Origin: Candidatus Hermodarchaeota archaeon
GTDB lineage: Archaea; Asgardarchaeota; Lokiarchaeia; Sigyniarchaeales; SOKP01
Assembly: GCA_048885525.1 (NCBI GenBank)
Contig: JBHLLP010000013.1
Span: 20,643-84,642, forward strand
Length of the DNA stretch: 64,000 nt
Direction of reading: 5' to 3'
Part shown: positions 10,325 to 21,257 of the stretch, piece by piece
Position numbering within the stretch: position 1 is the first letter of the stretch
Layout of the letters: each line of letters starts with the position of its first letter
Made by a program: the position numbers and the translations under genes
The notes under the pieces: model-generated
Told to the model about the DNA's origin: nothing
Database searches by the model: none
Seen by the model: the letters and a program-made list of their open reading frames with translations, nothing else

Positions 10325-11959
10325 TTATTCTAAAACATTTAATTTTTCCCGGATTATTCCTTCCATCGCTTCATTAATAAGTAATTTTTCTCTTAATTTT
10401 GAAACTCCTAACTGAAGTCTCTTTTTAAAGTTGGGATCTTTTATCAAATTTTTACGTTCAGATGAAAATTCAAAATTTGATCTTATAGCCATATCACTTT
10501 CGACCCTTTCCTTTAGAATGTTTTTTAAATTATAAAAATTCTCTGAAATATTTACATATATAGCGTCAGGGTCATTAATAATATAGCCTGGGAATACGAT
10601 ATTCATAGATTCTTCCATATTTGCCTCATCTTCAACAAACATTGTATAAATAGGCATATAAATCCATTGTATTGGTCTTGAAAATAAATCTGATTGATTA
10701 TCAGTGAGAGACCATTCTATTAATTTTTGAGCTTCATATAGACAATTATTATGTTTTATTTCTATAATACTCTTAATTTTTGTAAACAGTTGTTCTATTT
10801 GAGTTTTTAAATTATCTAACTCAGAAATCTTTGCTTGTTTTTCGCTCTCAATTTCAGTTAGTAATTTATTCCTGTCTTTAAGTTTTAAATCTAAAGAATC
10901 CTTAAATTTTGCTAATTTTTGTTTTGCTTCATCATTAATTTGTAAAGATCGTTTCTTCAACTCATTATATTTTTGAAATAACCCTTCAAGAGATTCCAAA
11001 AAATTTTTACCTTCTTGTTTTAAATAATCAAACTGTGTTTCAAAATGAGGTATGAGATCTTCAAAAACTCTACTTTTTAAAGAATCATCGCTCGTAAAGA
11101 ATTTATTTTTCTTAATAATTTCTTCAAGGTGTCTTTCAGATGTTTTAAATAAAGTAGACATGCTTTCAATTATCTTTTTCTTCTCATCAACATTCCATTG
11201 ATCGATTTTATCTTGTTCTAGTTTTATTTGCTCATCTACTTGATAGGTATCTATTGAAGAAGAAGTTTTACTGATTTGACTTGAATACCTTGAATCTATA
11301 TCTTTTAATTGAACATTTATATCTATAAGCCATTTGCTTACTTCTTTATCTATTAATTCAATTTGAGTTTTCCATCTTAACGCATTTCCCTTCATTGTAT
11401 TAATAATATTTCGATATTCTTCCGAAATATTTAGCGCATCTTCAGTAGAAATACTAGTATCTAAAACAGTATAATCTGTAATTGGTTTATATTCTATTAA
11501 TGGGATAATTTTAATTAGCGATTGAAGAAATTCAGGATTAATCAGACCATCAATTTTAAGAGTGTGAAATTCTGATTCCTCTCCTTCCCCGATCTCTTCT
11601 GCTTCTATATCTCTATATGATAATATATCAATTAATATATTTAATTGTTCAATTTTAGTTCTATTGTCAACATTTCTTAGTATATGACCGATTAACGGTT
11701 GACGAGGGGGATTCGAGAACTTATCAATTTTATTAAATAGATTCAATCCATCTAGCATTATATGAGTGGAAATTACTCCTTGAATACTTAAGATAGGCCA
11801 AAGAAGCCTAGAAAAAGATATAATCTTAGTATCTTTATTTAAATCTTTTGTTAATAGATAAAATGCTAGAGCTAATTCATCATTTCCTTGAATTGAAAGG
11901 GGATGTGCATCTTTTCTAATAAAAAAAGGTAATAAGTATTGATTTCCGTGGACAGACAT
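10325..11959 (-). CDS. Hypothetical protein with a long central coiled coil
   Basis: 544 aa; E/K/L-rich heptad core flanked by globular-looking termini. Confidence 0.75.
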   Translation of the reverse strand: MSVHGNQYLLPFFIRKDAHPLSIQGNDELALAFYLLTKDLNKDTKIISFSRLLWPILSIQGVISTHIMLDGLNLFNKIDKFSNPPRQPLIGHILRNVDNRTKIEQLNILIDILSYRDIEAEEIGEGEESEFHTLKIDGLINPEFLQSLIKIIPLIEYKPITDYTVLDTSISTEDALNISEEYRNIINTMKGNALRWKTQIELIDKEVSKWLIDINVQLKDIDSRYSSQISKTSSSIDTYQVDEQIKLEQDKIDQWNVDEKKKIIESMSTLFKTSERHLEEIIKKNKFFTSDDSLKSRVFEDLIPHFETQFDYLKQEGKNFLESLEGLFQKYNELKKRSLQINDEAKQKLAKFKDSLDLKLKDRNKLLTEIESEKQAKISELDNLKTQIEQLFTKIKSIIEIKHNNCLYEAQKLIEWSLTDNQSDLFSRPIQWIYMPIYTMFVEDEANMEESMNIVFPGYIINDPDAIYVNISENFYNLKNILKERVESDMAIRSNFEFSSERKNLIKDPNFKKRLQLGVSKLREKLLINEAMEGIIREKLNVLE

Positions 11960-12158
11960 GGACCATTCTTAAATTTTTAATTACATTCACATTATATATT
12001 TCAAATATATTAAATTTAAAGAGATTCAATTTTAAATTTTTAATCTTTTTTTGAGTAGTTATTTAAAAATTTACTTTTTTAAACTTCCTATTACTATCTG
12101 AAATCGGTTTTAGATAAATAATAATAAAAAATTGGAAAGAATGAAAAGTAGAATTGTT

Positions 12159-13016
12159 TTATTTAAGTTGTTCATAATTATTTGCAATTACCAAAATAAG
12201 AAGTGCTAATAATATTAGTAATGGGGGCATTACAGCTCTTAAATGGGGTAATGTAGCTACATCAAGTGCACCTTGCAGTATTCGCCCTCCAACAAAATAA
12301 AGTAAGAATCCAATTGCGTTTAAGGCATAAGACCTTCTTAAGACTCCAAACGTTTTATAAGCAAGATATAGAAAGATAAAAGGAATTAAAACAAGGAATA
12401 ATGGCATAAAAATAAAATTAAACAGAAATCTACCAAGAGGATATTCCCATGAACCAAATCTAATTAAAACTAAATCAACAGTAATACCTGGATAATCGTC
12501 TTCAAAATCGGGGTCCATAAATAGTCCATCTGATAATGTTAAAGCGAGAATGCCTATAATTATGGGGAGAACAAATAATCCTATCCGAATAAGTAATTTA
12601 ATATTCTTTTGATGTTTAAACCATGCTTTCAAAGACTTTTCTTCCCTTTTCTCCTCTTTTGTTTCAGGCGGAAATAAGAGGATTCCTAAAACTCCAACAG
12701 CACATGCTACACCTATCCAAGTAAAAAATGTAGCTAAACGAAAATTTAACATTAAAAATTCAACAACTTCAGTACTATTCCCTCCATCGAATAGTTCTGG
12801 TGCGAAAAAATAATATACAATGAAAAATACTCTCGCAATACCAAAACACAGGAAAAATAAACTAAAAAATAGCCAATATAACTTCCGTGAAGTTCTATAT
12901 CGCATGAATAAGAAGTAAAAAAATAAGAGGAAGAAGTAACCTACAATTACAAAATAGAGACCCATTTCTATCGCGTCCCAAAATCCAAAATACTGATAAG
13001 TGTCTTGAAACAACAT
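12159..13016 (-). CDS. Hypothetical seven-transmembrane protein
   Basis: Seven hydrophobic segments visible in 285 aa. Confidence 0.75.
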   Translation of the reverse strand: MLFQDTYQYFGFWDAIEMGLYFVIVGYFFLLFFYFLFMRYRTSRKLYWLFFSLFFLCFGIARVFFIVYYFFAPELFDGGNSTEVVEFLMLNFRLATFFTWIGVACAVGVLGILLFPPETKEEKREEKSLKAWFKHQKNIKLLIRIGLFVLPIIIGILALTLSDGLFMDPDFEDDYPGITVDLVLIRFGSWEYPLGRFLFNFIFMPLFLVLIPFIFLYLAYKTFGVLRRSYALNAIGFLLYFVGGRILQGALDVATLPHLRAVMPPLLILLALLILVIANNYEQLK

Positions 13017-13135
13017 AATAAGTCAATTTTTTTTATTACTTTAAATAATATTATTATCTTTTAGTTGTATAAAAATTTATTTCAATTTGAGTAATTCTTA
13101 AAATACAAATATTATCAATTACTTTTAAAATCTAT

Positions 13136-14629
13136 ATGAAAATCGAGAATAACATTGAGACGTTTAATTCATTACTAAAAAGAAGAGGATTCATATGGGG
13201 ACCTTCTCCTGAAATATATGGGGGATTTGCAGGTTTCTATTCCTATGGTCCAGCAGGGATGGCTCTTAAAAATAATATTTTAGATTTATTTAGGAAAGAA
13301 TGTCGTTATTTTGGATTTGGCGAGGTTGAATGCCCTACAATCATGCCAAGTATTGTTTGGGAAGCTTCAGGGCACTTAGAGAGGTTTATTGACCCTGTAA
13401 TGAGATGTAATAAATGTAATACATTATATAGAGCTGATCAATTTCTTCAAGAAAATTTACCAGACCTTGTAATTGATGGGTTATCATTTAAACAAATGGA
13501 GAATTTAATTAAAAAACACGAGTTGAAATGTCCAAAATGCGAAACTCCATTTCAGAAAATAGAAGAATATAATCTTATGTTAAAAACATCTGTAGGAAAT
13601 AATATTACTGCTTTTTTACGTCCAGAAACAGCTACCACCACTTATTTATTATTTAATCGTTTAGATCAAGATGCACGACGACAATATCCAATTAAAATTT
13701 TTCAATTCGGTAAAGCTTATCGGAATGAGATATCTCCTAGGCAAGGAGTTCTTAGAATGAGAGCATTTGATCAATTTGAACTCCAATTATTTATTAGTAA
13801 ACAGCAAGAAATGTCATTTGAGGATTATGAGGAAATTAAAATGAACGCACTACCGTTATTGGATTGGCAACTCCAAAAAAAAAATATTGATAAACCTCAG
13901 ACAATCTCACTTGAGAACGCAATTAAAACAAAACTTCTTAAAAAGCCAGCCTATGCATATTGTCTTTATATTACATACTATTTAACTAAAATATTAGGAA
14001 TGCCAGAAGAACTAATTAGATTTAGGCAACATTCTATAAATGAGCGTGCTCACTATGCTGATGATGCTTGGGATTTGGAAATAAAAACTAAACAATTTGG
14101 ATGGGTTGAAATTTGTGGAGTACATGACAGAACTGATTATGATTTAAGAAGACACGCAGAATATTCTAAACAAAATTTTGAAGTATCCATGGGGTCTGAT
14201 CCAAATATTAAAGAAATTCCTCAAGTTCTTGAAATCGCATTTGGGATCGATAGAATTATATATACTCTGCTTGAGACTACTTTTAAGGTTGAGGAAGGTA
14301 GAATAAATTTGAAACTCCATCCTAAATTAGCTCCTAATACAGTAGCAGTCTTTCCACTTGTTAAAAATAAAGAAAATATAAGAAAGTTGGCATTAAAAGT
14401 TCATAGAGAATTGTTAGAAAATCGGATTAGTTCATTTTTTGATGTTGCGGGTTCTATAGGAAAACGGTATAGGAGACAAGATGAGTTAGGAACTAAATGG
14501 TGTATAACTATAGATTATGAATCTTTAGATGATAATACTGTAACAATCAGAGAGCGTGATTCAATGGATCAACTAAGAGTTAGTATCTCAGATCTTGCTG
14601 CAATTATAAAAAAGAAGCAAGAAGAGTAA
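13136..14629 (+). CDS. glyS: Glycine--tRNA ligase (alpha2, archaeal/eukaryotic type)
   Basis: KRRGF, EIYGG, WEASGH, LRPETA, GKAYRNEISPRQG, AHYA, AFGIDR, SIGKRYRRQDELG. Confidence 0.97.
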   Translation: MKIENNIETFNSLLKRRGFIWGPSPEIYGGFAGFYSYGPAGMALKNNILDLFRKECRYFGFGEVECPTIMPSIVWEASGHLERFIDPVMRCNKCNTLYRADQFLQENLPDLVIDGLSFKQMENLIKKHELKCPKCETPFQKIEEYNLMLKTSVGNNITAFLRPETATTTYLLFNRLDQDARRQYPIKIFQFGKAYRNEISPRQGVLRMRAFDQFELQLFISKQQEMSFEDYEEIKMNALPLLDWQLQKKNIDKPQTISLENAIKTKLLKKPAYAYCLYITYYLTKILGMPEELIRFRQHSINERAHYADDAWDLEIKTKQFGWVEICGVHDRTDYDLRRHAEYSKQNFEVSMGSDPNIKEIPQVLEIAFGIDRIIYTLLETTFKVEEGRINLKLHPKLAPNTVAVFPLVKNKENIRKLALKVHRELLENRISSFFDVAGSIGKRYRRQDELGTKWCITIDYESLDDNTVTIRERDSMDQLRVSISDLAAIIKKKQEE

Positions 14630-14765
14630 ATACTTAAACTTTTGCTAAATATTACGATCCAATTGATATACTCCAAAAAAATTTTAAAGAGAAGCATTTT
14701 TTACAAATATAATTTATGAAATATACTTTGGTAACTACAATTTTAATTGCTTTATTTAGGTTATA

Positions 14766-17531
14766 ATGAGATTCTTGACTTTATTCAATACTAGAAAAAA
14801 AAGAAATCAGAAGAATCAATGGAGAAAAGTATTATTATGTCTTTTTTTTACAGTGATAATCTCAGTTAATTTTATACAAATTACTGAAAATTATTTTAAA
14901 TCAAAAAACTCTAACGAAATTTTACTAAAAAATGAAGATAATTACCAAGATAATATTCTAAATAATCTGAAAACATCTACTGACACTTCTATGCTTCAAA
15001 ACCCTTTTACTAAAAATTTTGACCTTCTTCTTGAATTTTTTGAAAGTAAATATCAATCAAGCTTACAATTTAACGTACCTACGTATTATAGATATGGAGA
15101 TAACCTAGGTGATATAATCGATGATACAATTTTTTCGGAAGACAATTTACTTTTCTATAAGTCACTATTAACCGATATTGGCAGTTTTGAAACTTTTGAT
15201 ACATACTTAAAACTAAAAGAGACTACATTATGGTATAAAGGTAATACTAATCAATTTGAATATGGTTTTGTAAAGTCAATTGATAATACAACAGGACAAA
15301 TAACGGATGACAAAAGATATCTTGTTGATAATCTGCTACCGATCTTTTTACTAATTGAAAACATCGGAGATGAAATAGATGATATATTTATTAATGGTAT
15401 ATATCCAGAAGATAGTATTAATGAAATGTTCAATCTAGTTAATTCTACTGAATTTTGGGATGATATAAATAAAGGATTTTATCACCATAATTCAACCACA
15501 AATAAAAATTCTGAAAGTAATTTTTATGCTATATTAGCCAATCTCTTAATTCATAGAACTGGTAATTTAGACATTTCAATTCGGGATAGAGCATATGATT
15601 TAGCAAATCAAACTATGATTGCGTTGAAGGCTAGTATGTGGGATACACCAAATAAAGCTTTTTATTATCAAGCGAATAGTAATTGGAATGCAGCTGCAGT
15701 TATAGGGGGTACTAATTATCATTTAAGCACAAATTCTTTAGGAATATTCACTCTTTTGGAATTTTGGATTGAAACAGGCATGGAAAATGATTCCTTATTT
15801 TATCAAAATGCTAAAGATCTTTATGAAAGTCTAGAATTTTTATGGAATGGGAGTCTTTACAGTAATATTGCTGATCCTGGTTGGGGAGGATTTTTTGATT
15901 CTAGTTTTAATCTTAAGTCTAATGCTATGATGATGAGCGCCTGTTTGAAGCTATTCGAAGTTACAGGTAATAAAACTTATTATGAAAGAGCTTTAAGAAT
16001 TTTTGAGTCCTTAGAATTATATTTTTATGACAATAATTCTTATAAGTTTAGTTCCGTAAATTCTAATAAAAATTTTCATTCGAATCTAAAATTAAGTGAA
16101 GCTTATTTGGATGCTTTTAGTATTTATAATAATACAGTACTGATTGCTAATTATAATTTATCAAACCCAGTTCCAGATTTTATTTTTAATCAAGATGTTA
16201 TGAATTTAACATCTGTTTATTCATATAAAAAAACAAGTGAATATTTTGATCCAGAAAGTAAATCTTATTTGCCTTTCACTGTACAATATAATATTACCAA
16301 TGCCACTATTAATTATCTATTTAAATATCCAAATGGAACTTTCCTAAAACTATATAAAAATCAGATTAATAGTCCAGCAATATCTCATACTTTATTATAC
16401 GGTATAGAAGATTCTTTACCTATAGGTGATGGTTATTTTATTTATGTGTGGGCTAATACAACGTATTTTAAAATGGCAGATGTGTTAAAGCGTTTTAATG
16501 TTGTTTCGGGATTAATAAATAAAACTATTGAAGGATTATTAAGTACTTTATATCAAGGACCAATTGTAAATGTAACTCTTATTATTAATTATACCCGTAG
16601 TGATAACTTAACATTAACAGCAACTTTGGAAGGGGAGGATATAATCAATTTTCCTTCTCAAGAGATTAATTTTACAGCTTCTCAAGAAATTCGAGTATCC
16701 TTCAACCTTACAGCCAAATTTGGAGCAATACCTGGTCCTAGTGAAATCTTTTTTAAAATTAAGCAAGGTAATGTGCTATATCTCTTAATTAAAAGGGTGA
16801 TCCAAATTGGCAATTCATTTGATTACAGTAATTTAATCTATGAAAATAAGATAGTACGAGGAGATAAAATATTTGTATCAATGAATTTAAAGAATTTTCT
16901 CCCAAATGCAACTCAAACCTTAAATGTGAGTTTTACAGGAATTTTTGAAAACTCTATTGAAGATTTTATTAAAGAAGAGATACTAAACGAACAAGAAACT
17001 AAAACAGTAACATATAATTTAAAATCTTTAGAATCTGTAATAAATGATACTATTAAGATAAAAATGAGCATACTAATTAATACTACAGAATATTATTCGG
17101 AAATTCTTACAGTAGAATTATTAAATAAATTTGAGATATTAAGTATAAGTTTTCCGGAAAAAATACAACAAGGAACTCATGCTTATTTAGTAATTGTAAT
17201 CAAAAACAATCAAGAAAACTCTGAAGGATTTTCATTGCAGATAAATGGAAAGTCTATTAGAACTAATATTGCTTTATTAACTTCTGGAGAGAATAGAATA
17301 GTAGCAGAAATTATACCCTCTCTCAATCCCTATGAATTTGGGATAAAGAGATATAGAGTTGTATTAAGAGATAGTTTAAATGAAGAAATAGCACGATTCT
17401 ATTTTGAAATTAATTTGGATCTATCGACTTTAAATTTGATTTTATTTTATGTATTACCAGTAGTGGTACCTATAGGTATTATACTATTTTTTAAGAATAA
17501 AGATATAAAACATAAGAAATTAAGAAGATGA
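14766..17531 (+). CDS. Large membrane-anchored exported protein with six-hairpin glycosidase-like and beta-sandwich regions
   Basis: N-terminal basic plus hydrophobic signal; (alpha/alpha)6-type repeats such as LKLFEVTGNKTYYERA; many NxS/T sequons; C-terminal TM helix and basic tail. Confidence 0.7.
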   Translation: MRFLTLFNTRKKRNQKNQWRKVLLCLFFTVIISVNFIQITENYFKSKNSNEILLKNEDNYQDNILNNLKTSTDTSMLQNPFTKNFDLLLEFFESKYQSSLQFNVPTYYRYGDNLGDIIDDTIFSEDNLLFYKSLLTDIGSFETFDTYLKLKETTLWYKGNTNQFEYGFVKSIDNTTGQITDDKRYLVDNLLPIFLLIENIGDEIDDIFINGIYPEDSINEMFNLVNSTEFWDDINKGFYHHNSTTNKNSESNFYAILANLLIHRTGNLDISIRDRAYDLANQTMIALKASMWDTPNKAFYYQANSNWNAAAVIGGTNYHLSTNSLGIFTLLEFWIETGMENDSLFYQNAKDLYESLEFLWNGSLYSNIADPGWGGFFDSSFNLKSNAMMMSACLKLFEVTGNKTYYERALRIFESLELYFYDNNSYKFSSVNSNKNFHSNLKLSEAYLDAFSIYNNTVLIANYNLSNPVPDFIFNQDVMNLTSVYSYKKTSEYFDPESKSYLPFTVQYNITNATINYLFKYPNGTFLKLYKNQINSPAISHTLLYGIEDSLPIGDGYFIYVWANTTYFKMADVLKRFNVVSGLINKTIEGLLSTLYQGPIVNVTLIINYTRSDNLTLTATLEGEDIINFPSQEINFTASQEIRVSFNLTAKFGAIPGPSEIFFKIKQGNVLYLLIKRVIQIGNSFDYSNLIYENKIVRGDKIFVSMNLKNFLPNATQTLNVSFTGIFENSIEDFIKEEILNEQETKTVTYNLKSLESVINDTIKIKMSILINTTEYYSEILTVELLNKFEILSISFPEKIQQGTHAYLVIVIKNNQENSEGFSLQINGKSIRTNIALLTSGENRIVAEIIPSLNPYEFGIKRYRVVLRDSLNEEIARFYFEINLDLSTLNLILFYVLPVVVPIGIILFFKNKDIKHKKLRR

Positions 17532-17538
17532 GTTAAAC

Positions 17539-19230
17539 TTGATAAAGAATCAACACAGAAAAACATTAATTACTATTTTTATTTTATTTGGTTATTTTGT
17601 TAGTTTACTTGTTTATACCTCTATCCCTCCACAAGATCAAACACTTGAGTTTTATAATGATGAAAAGTTCAATATGCCGAATACAGCATTAGCTTTAAAA
17701 TATTCTGATATTGAAAAAAATGACACCTATGTATATAGATTATTCGAAACTGTTAATTTCACTGTTAATTATTCTAATTTTCAGGAAGTAGATCACGTAG
17801 TAATGGAAATTTCCTTTAAAAATGGAAGTGTTGTAAATTACGATATGCTTTCTGGGGGTGTTAATGAAAGTTATTATGAGTTCAAGCCAGGATATAGAGC
17901 AGCATTGGGATTACATAATGTTAGTTTTTTAATTTATGATATAAACAACACTCTTTTAAATGATCATACAACATACACAAATTTCACCATTAATACAAAC
18001 TATGGAGCAACTTTTCTTCCAAAACCTGAATATTATATAGGAGATACATTATCTGCCGATATATTTTTAAGTAATTTTAGTAGTTCTAATAGAGATTACG
18101 ATTTCGAACAATGGGATATCACCATTGTTGATGGAGTAAATGAGATTACACAACAAAATTTATTAGATCTTGAGGCAAATACCAATTATATTAGATTTAT
18201 AGTAGATAACGAAACTTTTAGAGAGGTCAATAAAGTTTATTATTTAAAAGTTAATATGACTGAGCTTAATAGCGGTATGATAAGAGCTGCTTATTTTCCT
18301 TTCAATATAATAAATACTAATCCAGTAATTACTTCCATTGTAAATCTTTCTCATAGTGAGTTGTTTAGAACAGATGAGTGCATTGTTACATTAAATTCTA
18401 CAGATCTTGAGACTGCACCTGAAAATCTTACTCTTACTATGTATATTAAAGATTCTGAAGGCGATGAGGTTCTTCAAGAAGTTTTACAATATGAAGGTGG
18501 GAATTCTTTTTCTGATAAATTTATCATTCCATGGTACAGACCTGTAGGAGAATATAGAATTAATGTTGTAGCACGTGATGAACATGGAGGGACAGTTTCA
18601 AAAGAAGAATTCTTCACAGTAAAAAATAACGCTCCTGAAATTCATGGTTATAAGATTAATGGACAATCCATGACTCAAAGTATTGCCGTACCATATGGTA
18701 GAAATTTAATTTTTTCATTTAATGTATCTGATACTGAAGGAGTTTCCTATATAATGGTTGCTCTTTTAGATCAAAATAACAATTGGTTTAATATTACAAA
18801 AGCTTATACGGGAGAAGATACTGAAATTACCATAAGAACTATTGATTTAATAACTGGGACTTGGTTTGCTTATATTTATGTTATTGATTCTGATGGTGCA
18901 GTTACAAGTCTTATTGATGATTATAATATGGCTCCCCAAGGAATAACCATAATCCCAGATGTTTTAAGCAATTTTGTACCTTGGATAGTGTTTTTCTTCG
19001 GTATAGGTATTGGGGCACTATTGGGTGTGGGTAGCATATATAAATATTTTAGATCAAAATATGGAGAATCTCAATTAAGTTCACCGAAGAAGAAAGAAAT
19101 TCCTATTAAGAAAAAAGAAAAAGTTAAACCAATTAAGAAGGAACTCGAAAACGAAGAAATTCAAGAAATAAAATCTGAAGAGGAAGAAAAAGAGGAAGTT
19201 CCTAAACGCAAAATAAAAAGAAAATTATAA
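17539..19230 (+). CDS. Membrane-anchored exported protein with Ig-like domains
   Basis: Signal anchor; NTNPVI / NNAPEI Ig-repeat starts; GEYRINVVARDEHGG; C-terminal TM helix and K/E-rich tail. Confidence 0.72.
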   Translation: MIKNQHRKTLITIFILFGYFVSLLVYTSIPPQDQTLEFYNDEKFNMPNTALALKYSDIEKNDTYVYRLFETVNFTVNYSNFQEVDHVVMEISFKNGSVVNYDMLSGGVNESYYEFKPGYRAALGLHNVSFLIYDINNTLLNDHTTYTNFTINTNYGATFLPKPEYYIGDTLSADIFLSNFSSSNRDYDFEQWDITIVDGVNEITQQNLLDLEANTNYIRFIVDNETFREVNKVYYLKVNMTELNSGMIRAAYFPFNIINTNPVITSIVNLSHSELFRTDECIVTLNSTDLETAPENLTLTMYIKDSEGDEVLQEVLQYEGGNSFSDKFIIPWYRPVGEYRINVVARDEHGGTVSKEEFFTVKNNAPEIHGYKINGQSMTQSIAVPYGRNLIFSFNVSDTEGVSYIMVALLDQNNNWFNITKAYTGEDTEITIRTIDLITGTWFAYIYVIDSDGAVTSLIDDYNMAPQGITIIPDVLSNFVPWIVFFFGIGIGALLGVGSIYKYFRSKYGESQLSSPKKKEIPIKKKEKVKPIKKELENEEIQEIKSEEEEKEEVPKRKIKRKL

Positions 19231-19279
19231 AAAGAAAAATATTTTTTTATATATTAATTTTAAACATATCAATTTCTTT

Positions 19280-20191
19280 TTAACTTAAAATTTCATAAAG
19301 TCTATATTTAAATTTACCAAGATTTCCACCATAATTCCCTGCAGATATTCGATTTATCCCTGGAACTTTAATTGCGGCTTCAATTCCCAATTTCATTGCT
19401 GTCTTAATAGGTTCTTCAGTAGCTCCATCAAAAATGATTTCATAAACACAATTATCTCCTTCTTTTAATTGGGAATTGTCTATTTTCTCTCTTAAGCTAG
19501 GACAAAGTGGATCATTAGTAGAGGCATTAAGAAAACTATACTTTGAACCAACTTTCGAACCAGAACGTACAATTCCTCCTGGAAATGGAGCAATCACGTT
19601 AGGAATGTCTTTGACAGCTTCTATAGCCTTCTGGGCAGCTTCTAATGTAGAATCTTGATCTCTTCCGATTATTAAAAAGTTCCCTCCAGCAATACCTTTC
19701 CCAACTTTGGCAACACTTTGAACAATAAATTCTCCTTCCATAACTGGAATTGACCATGTTTCAAAAGGATATTTTCCTTCAATTTTTTCCTGAAAACCAT
19801 CTCCAAAAAATTTTAGATTTGCCCCTAATTTTATTTCGAACTCTTTTACAGGATCTAAAGAATTATCTAATGCATCAAAACACGCTGTTGTAGGACATGT
19901 AAAAACACACTGTCCAACACGATTCATAACAACATTACTCATCTCTTCTTTTTTGTTTTTGAAGAACATTAGAATTACACCTGGACGCTTATCAGGAGTT
20001 TTTTCACCGGAAACGAATATGTCAATTCCTGCCTCTGCATCGCAATGAATAGTTGATGTTCCATATCCAGTGGTTGTTTGAGCAGCAATTTTAGCCCATC
20101 TCTCATTTTTTGCAGTAACCAATATTCTGGTGAACCATGCTCCAAAAGCTTCACAGAAGGTATCTTCAATCTCTACACCATTTATCTCCAT
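19280..20191 (-). CDS. ftr: Formylmethanofuran--tetrahydromethanopterin N-formyltransferase
   Basis: MEINGVEIEDTFCEAF, TPDKRPG, RVGQCVFTCPTT, PFPGGIVRSGSKVGSKY, ISAGNYGGNLG. Confidence 0.96.
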   Translation of the reverse strand: MEINGVEIEDTFCEAFGAWFTRILVTAKNERWAKIAAQTTTGYGTSTIHCDAEAGIDIFVSGEKTPDKRPGVILMFFKNKKEEMSNVVMNRVGQCVFTCPTTACFDALDNSLDPVKEFEIKLGANLKFFGDGFQEKIEGKYPFETWSIPVMEGEFIVQSVAKVGKGIAGGNFLIIGRDQDSTLEAAQKAIEAVKDIPNVIAPFPGGIVRSGSKVGSKYSFLNASTNDPLCPSLREKIDNSQLKEGDNCVYEIIFDGATEEPIKTAMKLGIEAAIKVPGINRISAGNYGGNLGKFKYRLYEILS

Positions 20192-20360
20192 TTTAAATAC
20201 TTCACCTTGAAGCTATAAATTTTCTTTTTTTTTATAATTTTTATTTACTAATAGATTTCCTTGTTTTATAAAATTTAAAATAAAAAATAAAAACATTGAA
20301 AAATTGATAGGAATTATATTTTTAAATTTAAATTTGAAATTAAAACTAAGTATGTGAAAA

Positions 20361-21197
20361 ATGAGTGAAAAAGTGCTAAAGATAGGAATTTTAAAAAATG
20401 GAACTATCGGATCCTCATTACTCCTCGCATTTCTATTAGATGAACGTGCTGAGTCTACGAGAATTAATGTCTATGAGGTAACTTCTGGAGCAAAAATGCA
20501 TCCTCCGGAAATCTGCACAAGAACTATGGAAGAATTATTAAAATGGGAACCTGAATTAATAATTATGTCAAGTCCAAATGCAGCTTTACCAGGACCAAAA
20601 GCAGCGAGAGAAATGGTTAGAAATATTCCAACAATAGTTATTTCTGATTCCCCTGCAAAAAAAGCTGTTGATGAAATTAAAGAGAAAAATATGGGCTATA
20701 TCTTAGTAAATTGTGATAGCATGATCGGAGCACGCAGACCTTTTCTTGATCCCATTGAAATGAGTATATTCAACTCAGATTTATTAAAAGTATTAGCTAT
20801 TACTGGTGCCCTACAGGTAATAGCAGAAGAATTAAACAGGGTTATTATGGATATGCTTGAAGGTAGATCACCTGTCTTACCACAACGTATTATTGATGCA
20901 GATAGTGCAACTGAAGCGGCACAATTCTCAAATCCTTATGCAAGGGCAAAAGCAATTGCAGCCTTTGAGCTAGCAGCTTCGGTATCTAGAGTTACAGGAA
21001 AAGCATGTTTCCAATTAAAAGAAAGGTCTGAATATATGCCATTATTAGCTGCAGCTCATGAAATGATGAGAACTGCTGCTTTAATGTGCGATAAAGCAAG
21101 AGAAATTGAAAAATCCAACGATAAAGTTATCAGAAGACCACATCATGCAAAACAGCATTTCTTAACTAAGATTGGACTATATGATAAAGAAGAATAA
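20361..21197 (+). CDS. mtd: F420-dependent methylene-H4MPT dehydrogenase
   Basis: LLDERA, SGAKM, SPNAALPGPKAARE, DSMIGARRPFLDPIEM, FSNPYARAKA, AAHEMMR. Confidence 0.95.
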   Translation: MSEKVLKIGILKNGTIGSSLLLAFLLDERAESTRINVYEVTSGAKMHPPEICTRTMEELLKWEPELIIMSSPNAALPGPKAAREMVRNIPTIVISDSPAKKAVDEIKEKNMGYILVNCDSMIGARRPFLDPIEMSIFNSDLLKVLAITGALQVIAEELNRVIMDMLEGRSPVLPQRIIDADSATEAAQFSNPYARAKAIAAFELAASVSRVTGKACFQLKERSEYMPLLAAAHEMMRTAALMCDKAREIEKSNDKVIRRPHHAKQHFLTKIGLYDKEE

Positions 21198-21257
21198 TTA
21201 AAAAGAAATTAATTAAACCTTACTAATTTTTTATTTAAAATTTTTGAATGGAATTTT

